64,000 nt of DNA from Paragordius varius (Eukaryota; Animalia; Nematomorpha). A program made the position numbers and the translations under genes. This document shows, piece after piece, positions 20,058 to 35,000 of this stretch (position 1 is the first letter of the stretch; the number at the start of each line of letters is the position of its first letter). The notes under the pieces are model-generated. The model saw nothing but the letters and a program-made list of their open reading frames with translations. It did no database searches and was not told the DNA's origin. The stretch spans positions 5,890,001 through 5,954,000 of the forward strand of contig OZ176055.1 in the NCBI GenBank assembly GCA_964247055.1, read 5' to 3'.

Positions 20058-23000
20058 GATGAAAACTTATGGTTAATTGTTGGAAACATCAAAATGTTAA
20101 TGGTTAATATTATTTGATTGATGTGAAAATTATTTGATTGTTAAAAATATATGGTTGATTGTTGCAAACATTAAAATGTAATTGGGTAATATTATTTGAT
20201 TGTTGGGAATATTATTTAATTGTTGAAAATATATGGTTGATTGTTGTAAACATTAAAATGATGGATATTATTATTTGATTGTTGGAAATATTATTTGATT
20301 GTTGAAAATATATGTTTGATAATTGCAAACATTAAAATGTAATTGGGTAATATTATATTGTTGGGAATATTATTTGATTGTTGAAAATATATGATTGATT
20401 GTTGTAAACATTAAAATGTTAATGGGCATTATTATTTGTTGGGAATATTATTTGATTGTTGGAAATATATGGTTGATTGTTGGAAACATTAAAATGTTAT
20501 TGGGTAATATTATTTGATTGTAAGGAATTATATTTGATTGTTGAAAATATATGGTTGATTGTTGGACACATTAAAATATTATTGGGTAATATTATTTGAT
20601 TGTTGAAAATATATGAGTGAAACGATTAACATGTTAATGGGTAATATTATTTGATTGTTGGGAATATTATTTGATTGTTGTGTTATATGGTTTATAGTTG
20701 GAAACATTAAAATGTTATCGGGTAAAATTATTTGATTGTCAGGAATATTATTTGATTGTTGAAAAAATATGGTTGATTAGTGGAAACATTAAAAAGTTAT
20801 CGGGAAATATTATTTGATTGTTGAAAATATATGGTTGATTGTTGGAAACATTAAAAAGTTATCGGGTAATATTATTTGATTGTTGAAAATATATGGTTGA
20901 TTGTTGGAAACATTAAAATGTTATCGGGTAATATATTTGATTGTTAGGAATATTATTTGATTGTTGAAAATATATGGTTGATTGTTGCAAACATTAAAAT
21001 ATAAGTGGGTAATATTATTTGATTGTTGGGAATATTATTTGATTGTTGAAAATATATGGTTGATTGTTGCAAACATTAAAATGTAATTGGGTACTATTAT
21101 TTGATTGTTGGGAATATTATTTGATTCCTGAAAATATATGGTTGATTGTTGCAAACATTAAAATGTTATTGGGTAATATTATTTGATTGTTGGGAATATT
21201 ATTTGATTGTTGAAAATATATGGTTGATTGTTGCAAACATTAAAATGTAATTGGGTAATATTATTTGATTGTTGGGAATATTATTTGATTGTTGAAAATA
21301 TATGGCTGTTTATTTCAATCATTGGAATATAATTGGGTAATTTTTTTTTGATTGTTAGGAATATTATTTGATTGTTGAAAATATATGGTTGATTGTTGCA
21401 AACATTAAAATGTAATTGGGTAATATTATTTGATTGTTGGGAATATTATTTGATTGTTGAAAATATATGGCTGTTTATTTCAATCATTGGAATATAATTG
21501 GGTAATTTTTTTTGATTGTTAGGAATATTATTGGATTGTTGAAAATATATGGTTGATTGTTGCAATCATTAAAATGTAATTGGGTAATATTATTTGATCG
21601 TTGGGAATATTATTTGATTGTTGAAAATATATGGTTGATTTTTGCAAACATTAAAATGTAATTGGGTAATATTATTTGATTGTTGGGAATATTATTTGAT
21701 TGTTGAAAATATATGGTTGATTGTTGCAAACATTAAAATGTAATTGGGTAATATTATTTGATTGTTGGGAATATTATTTGATTGTTGAAAATATATGGCT
21801 GTTTATTTCAATCATTGGAATATAATTGGGTAATTTTTTTTGATTGTTAGGAATATTATTTGATTGTTGAAAATATATGGTTGATTGTTGCAAACATTAA
21901 AATGTAATTGGGTAATATTATTTGATTGTTGGGAATATTATTTGATTGTTGAAAATATATGGCTGTTTATTTCAATCATTGGAATATAATTAAGTAATTT
22001 TTTTTGATTGTTAGGAATATTATTGGATTGTTGAAAATATATGGTTGATTGTTGCAATCATTAAAATGTAATTGGGTAATATTATTTGATCGTTGGGAAT
22101 ATTATTTGATTGTTGAAAATATATGGTTGATTGTTGTAAAGATTAAAATGTTAATGGGTAATATTATTTGATTGTTGGGAATATTATTTGATTGTTGAAA
22201 ATATATGGTTGATTGTTGCAATCATTAAAATGTAATTGGGTAATATTATTTGATTGTTGAAAATATTATTTGATTGTTGAAAATATATGGTTGATTGTTG
22301 TAAACATTAATATGTTAATAGGTAATATTATTTGATTGTTGGGAATATTATTTGATTGTTGAAAATATATGGTTGATTGTTGCAATCATTAAAATGTAAT
22401 TGGGTAATATTATTTGATTGTTGGGAATATTATTTGATTGTTGAAAATATATGGTTGATTGTTGTAAACATTAATATGTTAATGGGTAATATTATTTGAT
22501 TGTTGGAAATATATGGTTGATTGTTAGAATTATTAAAATGTTATTGGGTAATATTTTTTGATTGTTGGGAATATAATTTGATTGTTGAAAATATATGGTT
22601 GATTGTTGCAAATATTAAAATGTTAATGGGTAATATTATTTGATTGTTGGAAATATTATTTGATTGTTGAAAATATATGGTTGATTGTTGCAAACATTAA
22701 AATATTAATGGGTAATATTATTTGATTGTTGGAAATATATGGTTGATTGTTAGAATTATTAAAATGTTATTGGGTAATATTTTTTGATTGTTGGGAATAT
22801 AATTTGATTGTTGAAAATATATGGTTGATTGTTGCAAATATTAAAATGTTAATGGGTAATATTATTTGATTGTTGGAAATATTATTTGATTGTTGAAAAT
22901 ATATGGTTGATTGTTGCAAACATTAAAATATTAATGGGTAATATTATTTGATTGTTGGAAATATTATTTGATTGTTGAAAATATGGTTGATTGTTGCAAA

Positions 23001-26000
23001 CATTAAAATATTAATGGGTAATATTATTTGATTGTTGGAAATATATGGTTAATTGTTAGAATTATTAAAATGTTATTGGGTAATATTTTTTGATTGTTGG
23101 GAATATAATTTGATTGTTGAAAATATATGGTTGATTGTTGCAAATATTAAAATGTTAATGGGTAATATTATTTGATTGTTGGAAATATTATTTGATTGTT
23201 GAAAATATATGGTTGATTGTTGCAAACATTAAAATATTAATGGGTAATATTATTTGATTGTTGGGAATATAATTTGATTGTTGAAAATATATGGTTGATT
23301 GTTGCAAACATTAAAATATTAATGGGTAATATTTGATTGTTGGAAATATTATTTGATTGTTGAAAATATATGGTTGATTGTTGCAAACATTAAAATATTA
23401 ATGGGTAATATTATTTGATTGTTGGAAATATTATTTGATTGTTGAAAATATATGGTTGATTGTTGCAAACATTAAAATGTAATTGGGTAATATTATTTGA
23501 TTGTTGGGAATATTATTTGATTCCTGAAAATATATGGTTGATTGTTGCAAACATTAAAATGTTATTGGGTAATATTATTTGATTGTTGGGAATATTATTT
23601 GATTGTTGAAAATATATGGTTGATTGTTGCAAACATTAAAATGTAATTGGGTAATATTATTTGATTGTTGGGAATATTATTTGATTGTTGAAAATATATG
23701 GCTGTTTATTTCAATCATTGGAATATAATTGGGTAATTTTTTTTTGATTGTTAGGAATATTATTTGATTGTTGAAAATATATGGTTGATTGTTGCAAACA
23801 TTAAAATGTAATTGGGTAATATTATTTGATTGTTGGGAATATTATTTGATTGTTGAAAATATTATTTGATTGTTGAAAATATATGGTTGATTGTTGCAAA
23901 CATTAAAATATTAATGGGTAATATTATTTGATTGTTGGGAATATTATTTGATTGTTGAAAATATATGGTTGATTGTTGCAAACATTAAAATGTAATTGGG
24001 TAATATTATTTGATTGTTGGGAATATTATTTGATTGTTGAAAATATATGGCTGTTTATTTCAATCATTGGAATATAATTGGGTAATTTTTTTTTGATTGT
24101 TAGGAATATTATTTGATTGTTGAAAATATATGGTTGATTGTTGCAAACATTAAAATGTAATTGGGTAATATTATTTGATTGTTGGGAATATTATTTGATT
24201 GTTGAAAATATATGGCTGTTTATTTCAATCATTGGAATATAATTGGGTAATTTTTTTTGATTGTTAGGAATATTATTGGATTGTTGAAAATATATGGTTG
24301 ATTGTTGCAATCATTAAAATGTAATTGGGTAATATTATTTGATCGTTGGGAATATTATTTGATTGTTGAAAATATATGGTTGATTGTTGCAAACATTAAA
24401 ATGTAATTGGGTAATATTATTTGATTGTTGGGAATATTATTTGATTGTTGAAAATATATGGTTGATTGTTGCAAACATTAAAATGTAATTGGGTAATATT
24501 ATTTGATTGTTGGGAATATTATTTGATTGTTGAAAATATATGGCTGTTTATTTCAATCATTGGAATATAATTGGGTAATTTTTTTTGATTGTTAGGAATA
24601 TTATTGGATTGTTGAAAATATATGGTTGATTGTTGCAATCATTAAAATGTAATTGGGTAATATTATTTGATCGTTGGGAATATTATTTGATTGTTGAAAA
24701 TATATGGTTGATTGTTGTAAAGATTAAAATGTTAATGGGTAATATTATTTGATTGTTGGGAATATTATTTGATTGTTGAAAATATATGGTTGATTGTTGC
24801 AATCATTAAAATGTAATTGGGTAATATTATTTGATTGTTGAAAATATTATTTGATTGTTGAAAATATATGGTTGATTGTTGTAAACATTAATATGTTAAT
24901 AGGTAATATTATTTGATTGTTGGGAATATTATTTGATTGTTGAAAATATATGGTTGATTGTTGCAATCATTAAAATGTAATTGGGTAATATTATTTGATT
25001 GTTGAAAATATTATTTGATTGTTGAAAATATATGGTTGATTGTTGTAAACATTAATATGTTAATAGGTAATATTATTTGATTGTTGGGAATATTATTTGA
25101 TTGTTGAAAATATATGGTTGATTGTTGTAAACATTAATATGTTAATAGGTAATATTATTTGATTGTTGGGAATATTATTTGATTGTTGAAAATATATGGT
25201 TGATTGTTGCAATCATTAAAATGTAATTGGGTAATATTATTTGATTGTTGAAAATATTATTTGATTGTTGAAAATATATGGTTGATTGTTGTAAACATTA
25301 ATATGTTAATAGGTAATATTATTTGATTGTTGGGAATATTATTTGATTGTTGGAAATATATGGTTGATTGTTAGAATTATTAAAATGTTATTGGGTAATA
25401 TTTTTTGATTGTTGGGAATATAATTTGATTGTTGAAAATATATGGTTGATTGTTGCAAATATTAAAATGTTAATGGGTAATATTATTTGATTGTTGGAAA
25501 TATTATTTGATTGTTGAAAATATATGGTTGATTGTTGCAAACATTAAAATATTAATGGGTAATATTATTTGATTGTTGGAAATATATGGTTGATTGTTAG
25601 AATTATTAAAATGTTATTGGGTAATATTTTTTGATTGTTGGGAATATAATTTGATTGTTGAAAATATATGGTTGATTGTTGCAAATATTAAAATGTTAAT
25701 GGGTAATATTATTTGATTGTTGGAAATATTATTTGATTGTTGAAAATATATGGTTGATTGTTGCAAACATTAAAATATTAATGGGTAATATTATTTGATT
25801 GTTGGAAATATTATTTGATTGTTGAAAATATGGTTGATTGTTGCAAACATTAAAATATTAATGGGTAATATTATTTGATTGTTGGAAATATATGGTTGAT
25901 TGTTAGAATTATTAAAATGTTATTGGGTAATATTTTTTGATTGTTGGGAATATAATTTGATTGTTGAAAATATATGGTTGATTGTTGCAAATATTAAAAT

Positions 26001-29000
26001 GTTAATGGGTAATATTATTTGATTGTTGGAAATATTATTTGATTGTTGAAAATATATGGTTGATTGTTGCAAACATTAAAATATTAATGGGTAATATTAT
26101 TTGATTGTTGGGAATATAATTTGATTGTTGAAAATATATGGTTGATTGTTGCAAACATTAAAATATTAATGGGTAATATTTGATTGTTGGAAATATTATT
26201 TGATTGTTGAAAATATATGGTTGATTGTTGCAAACATTAAAATATTAATGGGTAATATTATTTGATTGTTGGAAATATTATTTGATTGTTGAAAATATAT
26301 GGTTGATTGTTGCAAACATTAAAATATTATTGGGTAATATTATTTGATTGTTGGGAATATAATTTGATTGTTGAAAATATATGGTTGATTGTTGCAAACA
26401 TTAAAATATTAATGGGTAATATTATTTGATTGTTGGAAATATTATTTGATTGTTGAAAATATATGGTTGATTGTTGCAAACATTAAAATATTAATGGGTA
26501 ATATTATTTGATTGTTGGAAATATTATTTGATTGTTGAAAATTTATGGTTGATTGTTGCAAACATTAAAATATTAATGGGTAATATTATTTGATTGTTGG
26601 AAATATTATTTGATTGTTGGAAATATATGGATGATTGTTAGAATTATTAAAATGTTATTGGGTAATATTTTTTGATTGTTGGGAATATAATTTGATTGTT
26701 GAAAATATATGGTTGATTGTTGCAAATATTAAAATGTAAGTGGGTAATATTATTTGATTGTTGGGAATATTATTTGATTGTTGAAAATATATGGCTGTTT
26801 ATTTCAATCATTGGAATATAATTGGGTAATTTTTTTTGATTGTTAGGAATATTATTTGATTGTTGAAAATATATGGTTGATTGTTGCAAACATTAAAATG
26901 TAATTGGGTAATATTATTTGATTGTTGGGAATATTATTTGATTGTTGAAAATATATGGTTGATTGTTGCAAACATTAAAATGTAATTGGGTAATATTATT
27001 TGATTGTTGGGAATATTATTTGATTGTTGAAAATATATGGCTGTTTATTTCAATCATTGGAATATAATTGGGTAATTTTTTTTGATTGTTAGGAATATTA
27101 TTTGATTGTTGAAAATATATGGTTGATTGTTGCAAACATTAAAATGTAATTGGGTAATATTATTTGATTGTTGGGAATATTATTTGATTGTTGAAAATAT
27201 ATGGTTGATTGTTGTAAACATTAAAATGTAATTGGGTAATATTATTTGATTGTTGGGAATATTATTTGATTGTTGAAAATATATGGCTGTTTATTTCAAT
27301 CATTGGAATATAATTGGGTAATTTTTTTTGATTGTTAGGAATATTATTGGATTGTTGAAAATATATGGTTGATTGTTGCAATCATTAAAATGTAATTGGG
27401 TAATATTATTTGATTGTTGGGAATATTATTTGATTGTTGAAAATATATGGTTGATTGTTGTAAACATTAATATGTTAATAGGTAATATTATTTGATTGTT
27501 GGGAATATTATTTGATTGTTGAAAATATATGGTTGATTGTTGTAAACATTAATATGTTAATAGGTATTATTATTTGATTGTTGGGAATATTATTTGATTG
27601 TTGAAAATATATGGTTGATTGTTGCAATCATTAAAATGTAATTGGGTAATATTATTTGATTTTTGGGAATATTATTTGATTGTTGAAAATATATGGTTGT
27701 TGTAAACATTAATATGTTAATAGGTAATATTATTTGATTGTTGGGAATATTATTTGATTGTTGAAAATATATGGTTGATTGTTGTAAACATTAATATGTT
27801 AATAGGTAATATTATTTGATTGTTGGGAATATTATTTGATTGTTGAAAATATATGGTTGATTGTTGTAAACATTAAAATGTAATTGGGTAATATTATTTG
27901 ATTGTTGGGAATATTATTTGATTGTTGAAAATATATGGTTGATTGTTGTAAACATTAATATGTTAATAGGTAATATTATTTGATTGTTGGGAATATTATT
28001 TGATTGTTGAAAATATATGGTTGATTGTTGTAAACATTAAAATGTAATTGGGTAATATTATTTGATTGTTGAAAATATATGGTTGATTGTTGTAAACATT
28101 AAAATGTAATTGGGTAATATTATTTGATTGTTGGGAATATTATTTGATTGTTGAAAATATATGGTTGATTGTTGCAATCATTAAAATGTAATTGGGTAAT
28201 ATTATTTGATTGTTGGGAATATTATATGTTGAAAATATATGGTTGATTGTTGCAATCATTAAAATGTAATTGGGTAATATTATTTGATTGTTGGGAATAT
28301 TATTTGATTGTTGAAAATATATGGTTGATTGTTGCAATCATTAAAATGTAATTGGGTAATATTATTTGATTGTTGGGAATATTATTTGATTGTTGAAAAT
28401 ATATGGTTGATTGTTGTAAACATTAATATGTTAATAGGTAATATTATTTGATTTTTGGGAATATTATTTGATTGTTGAAAATATATGGTTGATTGTTGCA
28501 ATCATTAAAATGTAATTGGGTAATATTATTTGATTGTTGGGAATATTATATGTTGAAAATATATGGTTGATTGTTGCAATCATTAAAATGTAATTGGGTA
28601 ATATTATTTGATTGTTGGGAATATTATTTGATTGTTGAAAATATATGGTTGATTGTTGTAAACATTAATATGTTAATAGGTAATATTATTTGATTGTTGG
28701 GAATATTATTTGATTGTTGAAAATATATGGTTGATTGTTGCAATCATTAAAATGTAATTGGGTAATATTATTTGATTGTTGGGAATATTATATGTTGAAA
28801 ATATATGGTTGATTGTTGCAATCATTAAAATGTAATTGGGTAATATTATTTGATTGTTGGGAATATTATTTGATTGTTGAAAATATATGGTTGATTGTTG
28901 CAATCATTAAAATGTAATTGGGTAATATTATTTGATTGTAAGAAATATTATTTGATTGTTGAAAATATATGGTTGATTGTTGCAAACATTAAAATATTAA

Positions 29001-32000
29001 TGGGTAATATTATTTGATTGTTGGGAATATTATTTGATTGTTGAAAATATATGGTTGATTGTTGCAATCATTAAAATGTAATTGGGTAATATTTTTTGAT
29101 TGTTGGGAATATAATTTGATTGTTGAAAATATATGGTTGATTGTTGCAAATATTAAAATGTTAATGGGTAATATTATTTGATTGTTGGAAATATTATTTG
29201 ATTGTTGAAAATATATGGTTGATTGTTGCAAACATTAAAATATTAATGGGTAATATTATTTGATTGTTGGAAATATTATTTGATTGTTGAAAATATATGG
29301 TTGATTGTTGCAAACATTAAAATATTAATGGGTAATATTATTTGATTGTTGGGAATATAATTTGATTGTTGAAAATATATGGTTGATTGTTGCAAACATT
29401 AAAATATTAATGGGTAATATTATTTGATTGTTGGAAATATTATTTGATTGTTGAAAATATATGGTTGATTGTTGCAAACATTAAAATATTAATGGGTAAT
29501 ATTATTTGATTGTTGGAAATATTATTTGATTGTTGAAAATATGGTTGATTGTTGCAAACATTAAAATGTTAATGGGTAATATTATTTAATTTTTGGGAAT
29601 ATAATTTGATTGTTGAAAATATATGGTTGATTGTTGTAAACATTAACATGTAATTGGGTAATATTATTTGATTGTTGGGAATATTATTTGATTGTTGAAA
29701 ATATATGGTTGATTGTTGCAATCATTAAAATGTAATTGGGTAATATTATTTGATTGTAAGAAATATTATTTGATTGTTGAAAATATATGGTTGATTGTTG
29801 CAAACATTAAAATATTAATGGGTAATATTATTTGATTGTTGGGAATATTATTTGATTGTTGAAAATATATGGTTGATTGTTGCAATCATTAAAATGTAAT
29901 TGGGTAATATTTTTTGATTGTTGGGAATATAATTTGATTGTTGAAAATATATGGTTGATTGTTGCAAATATTAAAATGTTAATGGGTAATATTATTTGAT
30001 TGTTGGAAATATTATTTGATTGTTGAAAATATATGGTTGATTGTTGCAAACATTAAAATATTAATGGGTAATATTTTTTGATTGTTGGGAATATAATTTG
30101 ATTGTTGAAAATATATGGTTGATTGTTGCAAACATTAAAATATTAATGGGTAATATTATTTGATTGTTGGAAATATTATTTGATTGTTGAAAATATGGTT
30201 GATTGTTGCAAACATTAAAATATTAATGGGTAATATTATTTGATTGTTGGAAATATTATTTGATTGTTGAAAATATATGGTTGATTGTTGCAAACATTAA
30301 AATATTAATGGGTAATATTTTTTGATTGTTGGGAATATAATTTGATTGTTGAAAATATATGGTTGATTGTTGCAAATATTAAAATGTTAATGGGTAATAT
30401 TATTTGATTGTTGGAAATATTATTTGATTGTTGAAAATATATGGTTGATTGTTGCAAACATTAAAATATTAATGGGTAATATTATTTGATTGTTGGAAAT
30501 ATTATTTGATTGTTGAAAATATGGTTGATTGTTGCAAACATTAAAATATTAATGGGTAATATTATTTGATTGTTGGAAATATATGGTTGATTGTTAGAAT
30601 TATTAAAATGTTATTGGGTAATATTTTTTGATTGTTGGGAATATAATTTGATTGTTGAAAATATATGGTTGATTGTTGCAATTATTAAAATGTAATTGGG
30701 TAATATTATTTGATTGTTGGGAATATTATTTGATTGTTGAAAATATATGGTTGATTGTTGCAAACATTAAAATATAATTGAGTAATATTATTTGATTGTT
30801 GGGAATATTATTTGATTGTTGAAAATATATGGTTGATTGTTGGAAACATTAAAATGTAATTGGGTAATATTATTTGATTGCTGGGAATATTATTTGATTG
30901 TGGAAAATATATGGTTGATTGTTGTAAACATTAAAATGTAATTGAGTAATATTATTTGATTGTTGGGAATATTATTTGATTGTTGAAAATATATGGTTGA
31001 TTGTTGTAAATATTAAAATGTAATTGGGTAATATTATTTGATTGTTGGGAATATTATTTGATTGTTGAAAATATATGGTTGATTGTTGCAAACATTAAAA
31101 TATAATTGAGTAATATTATTTGATTGTTGGGAATATTATTTGATTGTTGAAAATATATGGTTGATTGTTGGAAACATTAAAATGTAATTGGGTAATATTA
31201 TTTGATTGCTGGGAATATTATTTGATTGTTGAAAATATATGGTTGATTGTTGCAAACATTAAAATATTAATGGGTAATATTATTTAATTGTTGGAAATAT
31301 TATTTGATTGTTGAAAATATATGGTTGATTGTTGCAAACATTAAAATATTAATGGGTAATATTATTTGATTGTTGGGAATATTATTTGATTGTTGAAAAT
31401 ATATGGTTGATTGTTGTAAATATTAAAATGTAATTGGGTAATATTATTTGATTGTTGGGAATATTATTTGATTGTTGAAAATATATGGTTGATTGTTGCA
31501 ATCATTAAAATGTAATTGGGTAATATTATTTGATTGTTGGGAATATTATTTGATTGTTGAAAATATATGGTTGATTGTTGTAAACATTAATATGTTATTG
31601 GGTAATATTATTTGATTGTTGGAAATATATGGTTGATTGTTAGAATTATTAAAATGTTATTGGGTAATATTTTTTGATTGTTGGGAATATAATTTGATTG
31701 TTGAAAATATATGGTTGATTGTTGCAATCATTAAAATGTAATTGGGTAATATTATTTGATTGTTGGGAATATTATTTGATTGTTGAAAATATATGGTTGA
31801 TTGTTGTAAACATTAATATGTTAATAGGTAATATTATTTGATTGTTGGGAATATTATTTGATTGTTGAAAATATATGGTTGATTGTTGCAATCATTAAAA
31901 TGTAATTGGGTAATATTATTTGATTGTTGGGAATATTATTTGATTGTTGAAAATATATGGTTGATTGTTGTAAACATTAATATGTTAATGGGTAATATTA

Positions 32001-35000
32001 TTTGATTGTTGGAAATATATGGTTGATTGTTAGAATTATTAAAATGTTATTGGGTAATATTTTTTGATTGTTGGGAATATAATTTGATTGTTGAAAATAT
32101 ATGGTTGATTGTTGCAATCATTAAAATGTAATTGGGTAATATTATTTGATTGTTGGGAATATTATTTGATTGTTGAAAATATATGGTTGATTGTTGCAAT
32201 CATTAAAATGTAATTGGGTAATATTATTTGATTGTTGGGAATATTATTTGATTGTTGAAAATATATGGTTGATTGTTGCAATCATTAAAATGTAATTGGG
32301 TAATATTATTTGATTGTTGGGAATATTATTTGATTGTTGAAAATATATGGTTGATTGTTGCAATCATTAAAATGTAATTGGGTAATATTATTTGATTGTT
32401 GGGAATATTATTTGATTGTTGAAAATATATGGTTGATTGTTGCAATCATTAAAATGTAATTGGGTAATATTATTTGATTGTTGGGAATATTATTTAATTG
32501 TTGAAAATATATGGTTGATTGTTGTAAACATTAAAATGTATTGGGTAATATTATTTGATTGTTGGGAATATTATTTGATTGTTGAAAATATATGGTTGAT
32601 TGTTGCAATCATTAAAATGTAATTGGGTAATATTATTTGATTGTTGGGAATATTATTTGATTGTTGAAAATATATGGTTGATTGTTGCAAACATTAAAAT
32701 ATTAATGGGTAATATTATTTGATTGTTGGGAATATAATTTGATTGTTGAAAATATATGGTTGATTGTTGCAATCATTAAAATGTAATTGGGTAATATTAT
32801 TTGATTGTTGGGAATATTATTTGAATGTTGAAAATATATGGTTGATTGTTGCAATCATTAAAATGTTAATAGGTAATATTATTTGATTGTTGGGAATATT
32901 ATTTGATTGTTGAAAATATATGGTTGATTGTTGCAATCATTAAAATGTTAATAGGTAATATTATTTGATTGTTGGGAATATTATTTGATTGTTGAAAATA
33001 TATGGTTGATTGTTGCAATCATTAAAATGTAATTGGGTAATATTATTTGATTGTTGGGAATATTATTTGAATGTTGAAAATATATGGTTGATTGTTGCAA
33101 TCATTAAAATGTTAATAGGTAATATTATTTGATTGTTGGGAATATTATTTGATTGTTGAAAATATATGGTTGATTGTTGCAATCATTAAAATGTTAATAG
33201 GTAATATTATTTGATTGTTGGGAATATTATTTGATTGTTGAAAATATATGGTTGATTGTTGCCATCATTAAAATGTAATTGGGTAATATTATTTGATTGT
33301 TGGGAATATTATTTGATTGTTGAAAATATATGGTTGATTGTTGCAATCATTAAAATGTAATTGGGTAATATTATTTGATTGTTGGGAATATTATTTGATT
33401 GTTGGGAATATTATTTGATTGTTGAAAATATATGGTTGATTGTTGCAATCATTAAAATGTTAATAGGTAATATTATTTGATTGTTGGGAATATTATTTGA
33501 ATGTTGAAAATATATGGTTGATTGTTGCAATCATTAAAATGTTAATAGGTAATATTATTTGATTGTTGGGAATATTATTTGATTGTTGAAAATATATGGT
33601 TGATTGTTGCAATCATTAAAATGTAATTGGGTAATATTATTTGATTGTTGGGAATATTATTTGATTGTTGAAAATATATGGTTGATTGTTGCCATCATTA
33701 AAATGTAATTGGGTAATATTATTTGATTGTTGGGAATATTATTTGATTGTTGAAAATATATGGTTGATTGTTGCCATCATTAAAATGTAATTGGGTAATA
33801 TTATTTGATTGTTGGGAATATTATTTGATTGTTGAAAATATATGGTTGATTGTTGCAATCATTAAAATGTTAATAGGTAATATTATTTGATTGTTGGGAA
33901 TATTATTTGATTGTTGAAAATATATGGTTGATTGTTGCAATCATTAAAATGTAATTGGGTAATATTATTTGATTGTTGGGAATATTATTTGATTGTTGAA
34001 AATATATGGTTGATTGTTGCAATCATTAAAATGTAATTGGGTAATATTATTTGATTGTTGGGAATATTATTTGATTGTTGAAAATATATGGTTGATTGTT
34101 GCAATCATTAAAATGTAATTGGGTAATATTATTTGATTGTTGGGAATATTATTTGATTGTTGAAAATATATGGTTGATTGTTGCAATCATTAAAATGTTA
34201 ATAGGTAATATTATTTGATTGTTGGGAATATTATTTGATTGTTGAAAATATATGGTTGATTGTTGCAATCATTAAAATGTAATTGGGTAATATTATTTGA
34301 TTGTTGGGAATATTATTTGATTGTTGAAAATATATGGTTGATTGTTGCAATCATTAAAATGTAATTGGGTAATATTATTTGATTGTTGGGAATATTATTT
34401 GATTGTTGGAAATATTATTTGATTGTTGAAAATATATGGTTGATTGTTGCAATCATTAAAATGTTAATAGGTAATATTATTTGATTGTTGGGAATATTAT
34501 TTGATTGTTGGGAATATTATTTGATTGTTGAAAATATATGGTTGATTGTTGCAATCATTAAAATGTTAATAGGTAATATTATTTGATTGTTGGGAATATT
34601 ATTTGATTGTTGAAAATATATGGTTGATTGTTGCAATCATTAAAATGTAATTGGGTAATATTATTTGATTGTTGGGAATATTATTTGATTGTTGAAAATA
34701 TATGGTTGATTGTTGCAATCATTAAAATGTAATTGGGTAATATTATTTGATTGTTGGGAATATTATTTGATTGTTGAAAATATATGGTTGATTGTTGCCA
34801 TCATTAAAATGTAATTGGGTAATATTATTTGATTGTTGGGAATATTATTTGATTGTTGAAAATATATGGTTGATTGTTGCCATCATTAAAATGTTAATAG
34901 GTAATATTATTTGATTGTTGGGAATATTATTTGATTGTTGAAAATATATGGTTGATTGTTGCAATCATTAAAATGTAATTGGGTAATATTATTTGATTGT

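Noticed and set aside
20140-20160. Satellite derived from the MITE end (AATTGGGTAAT versus AATTGGGGTAAT)
   Set aside because: Only ~11 bp of AT-rich similarity, not enough to infer origin.
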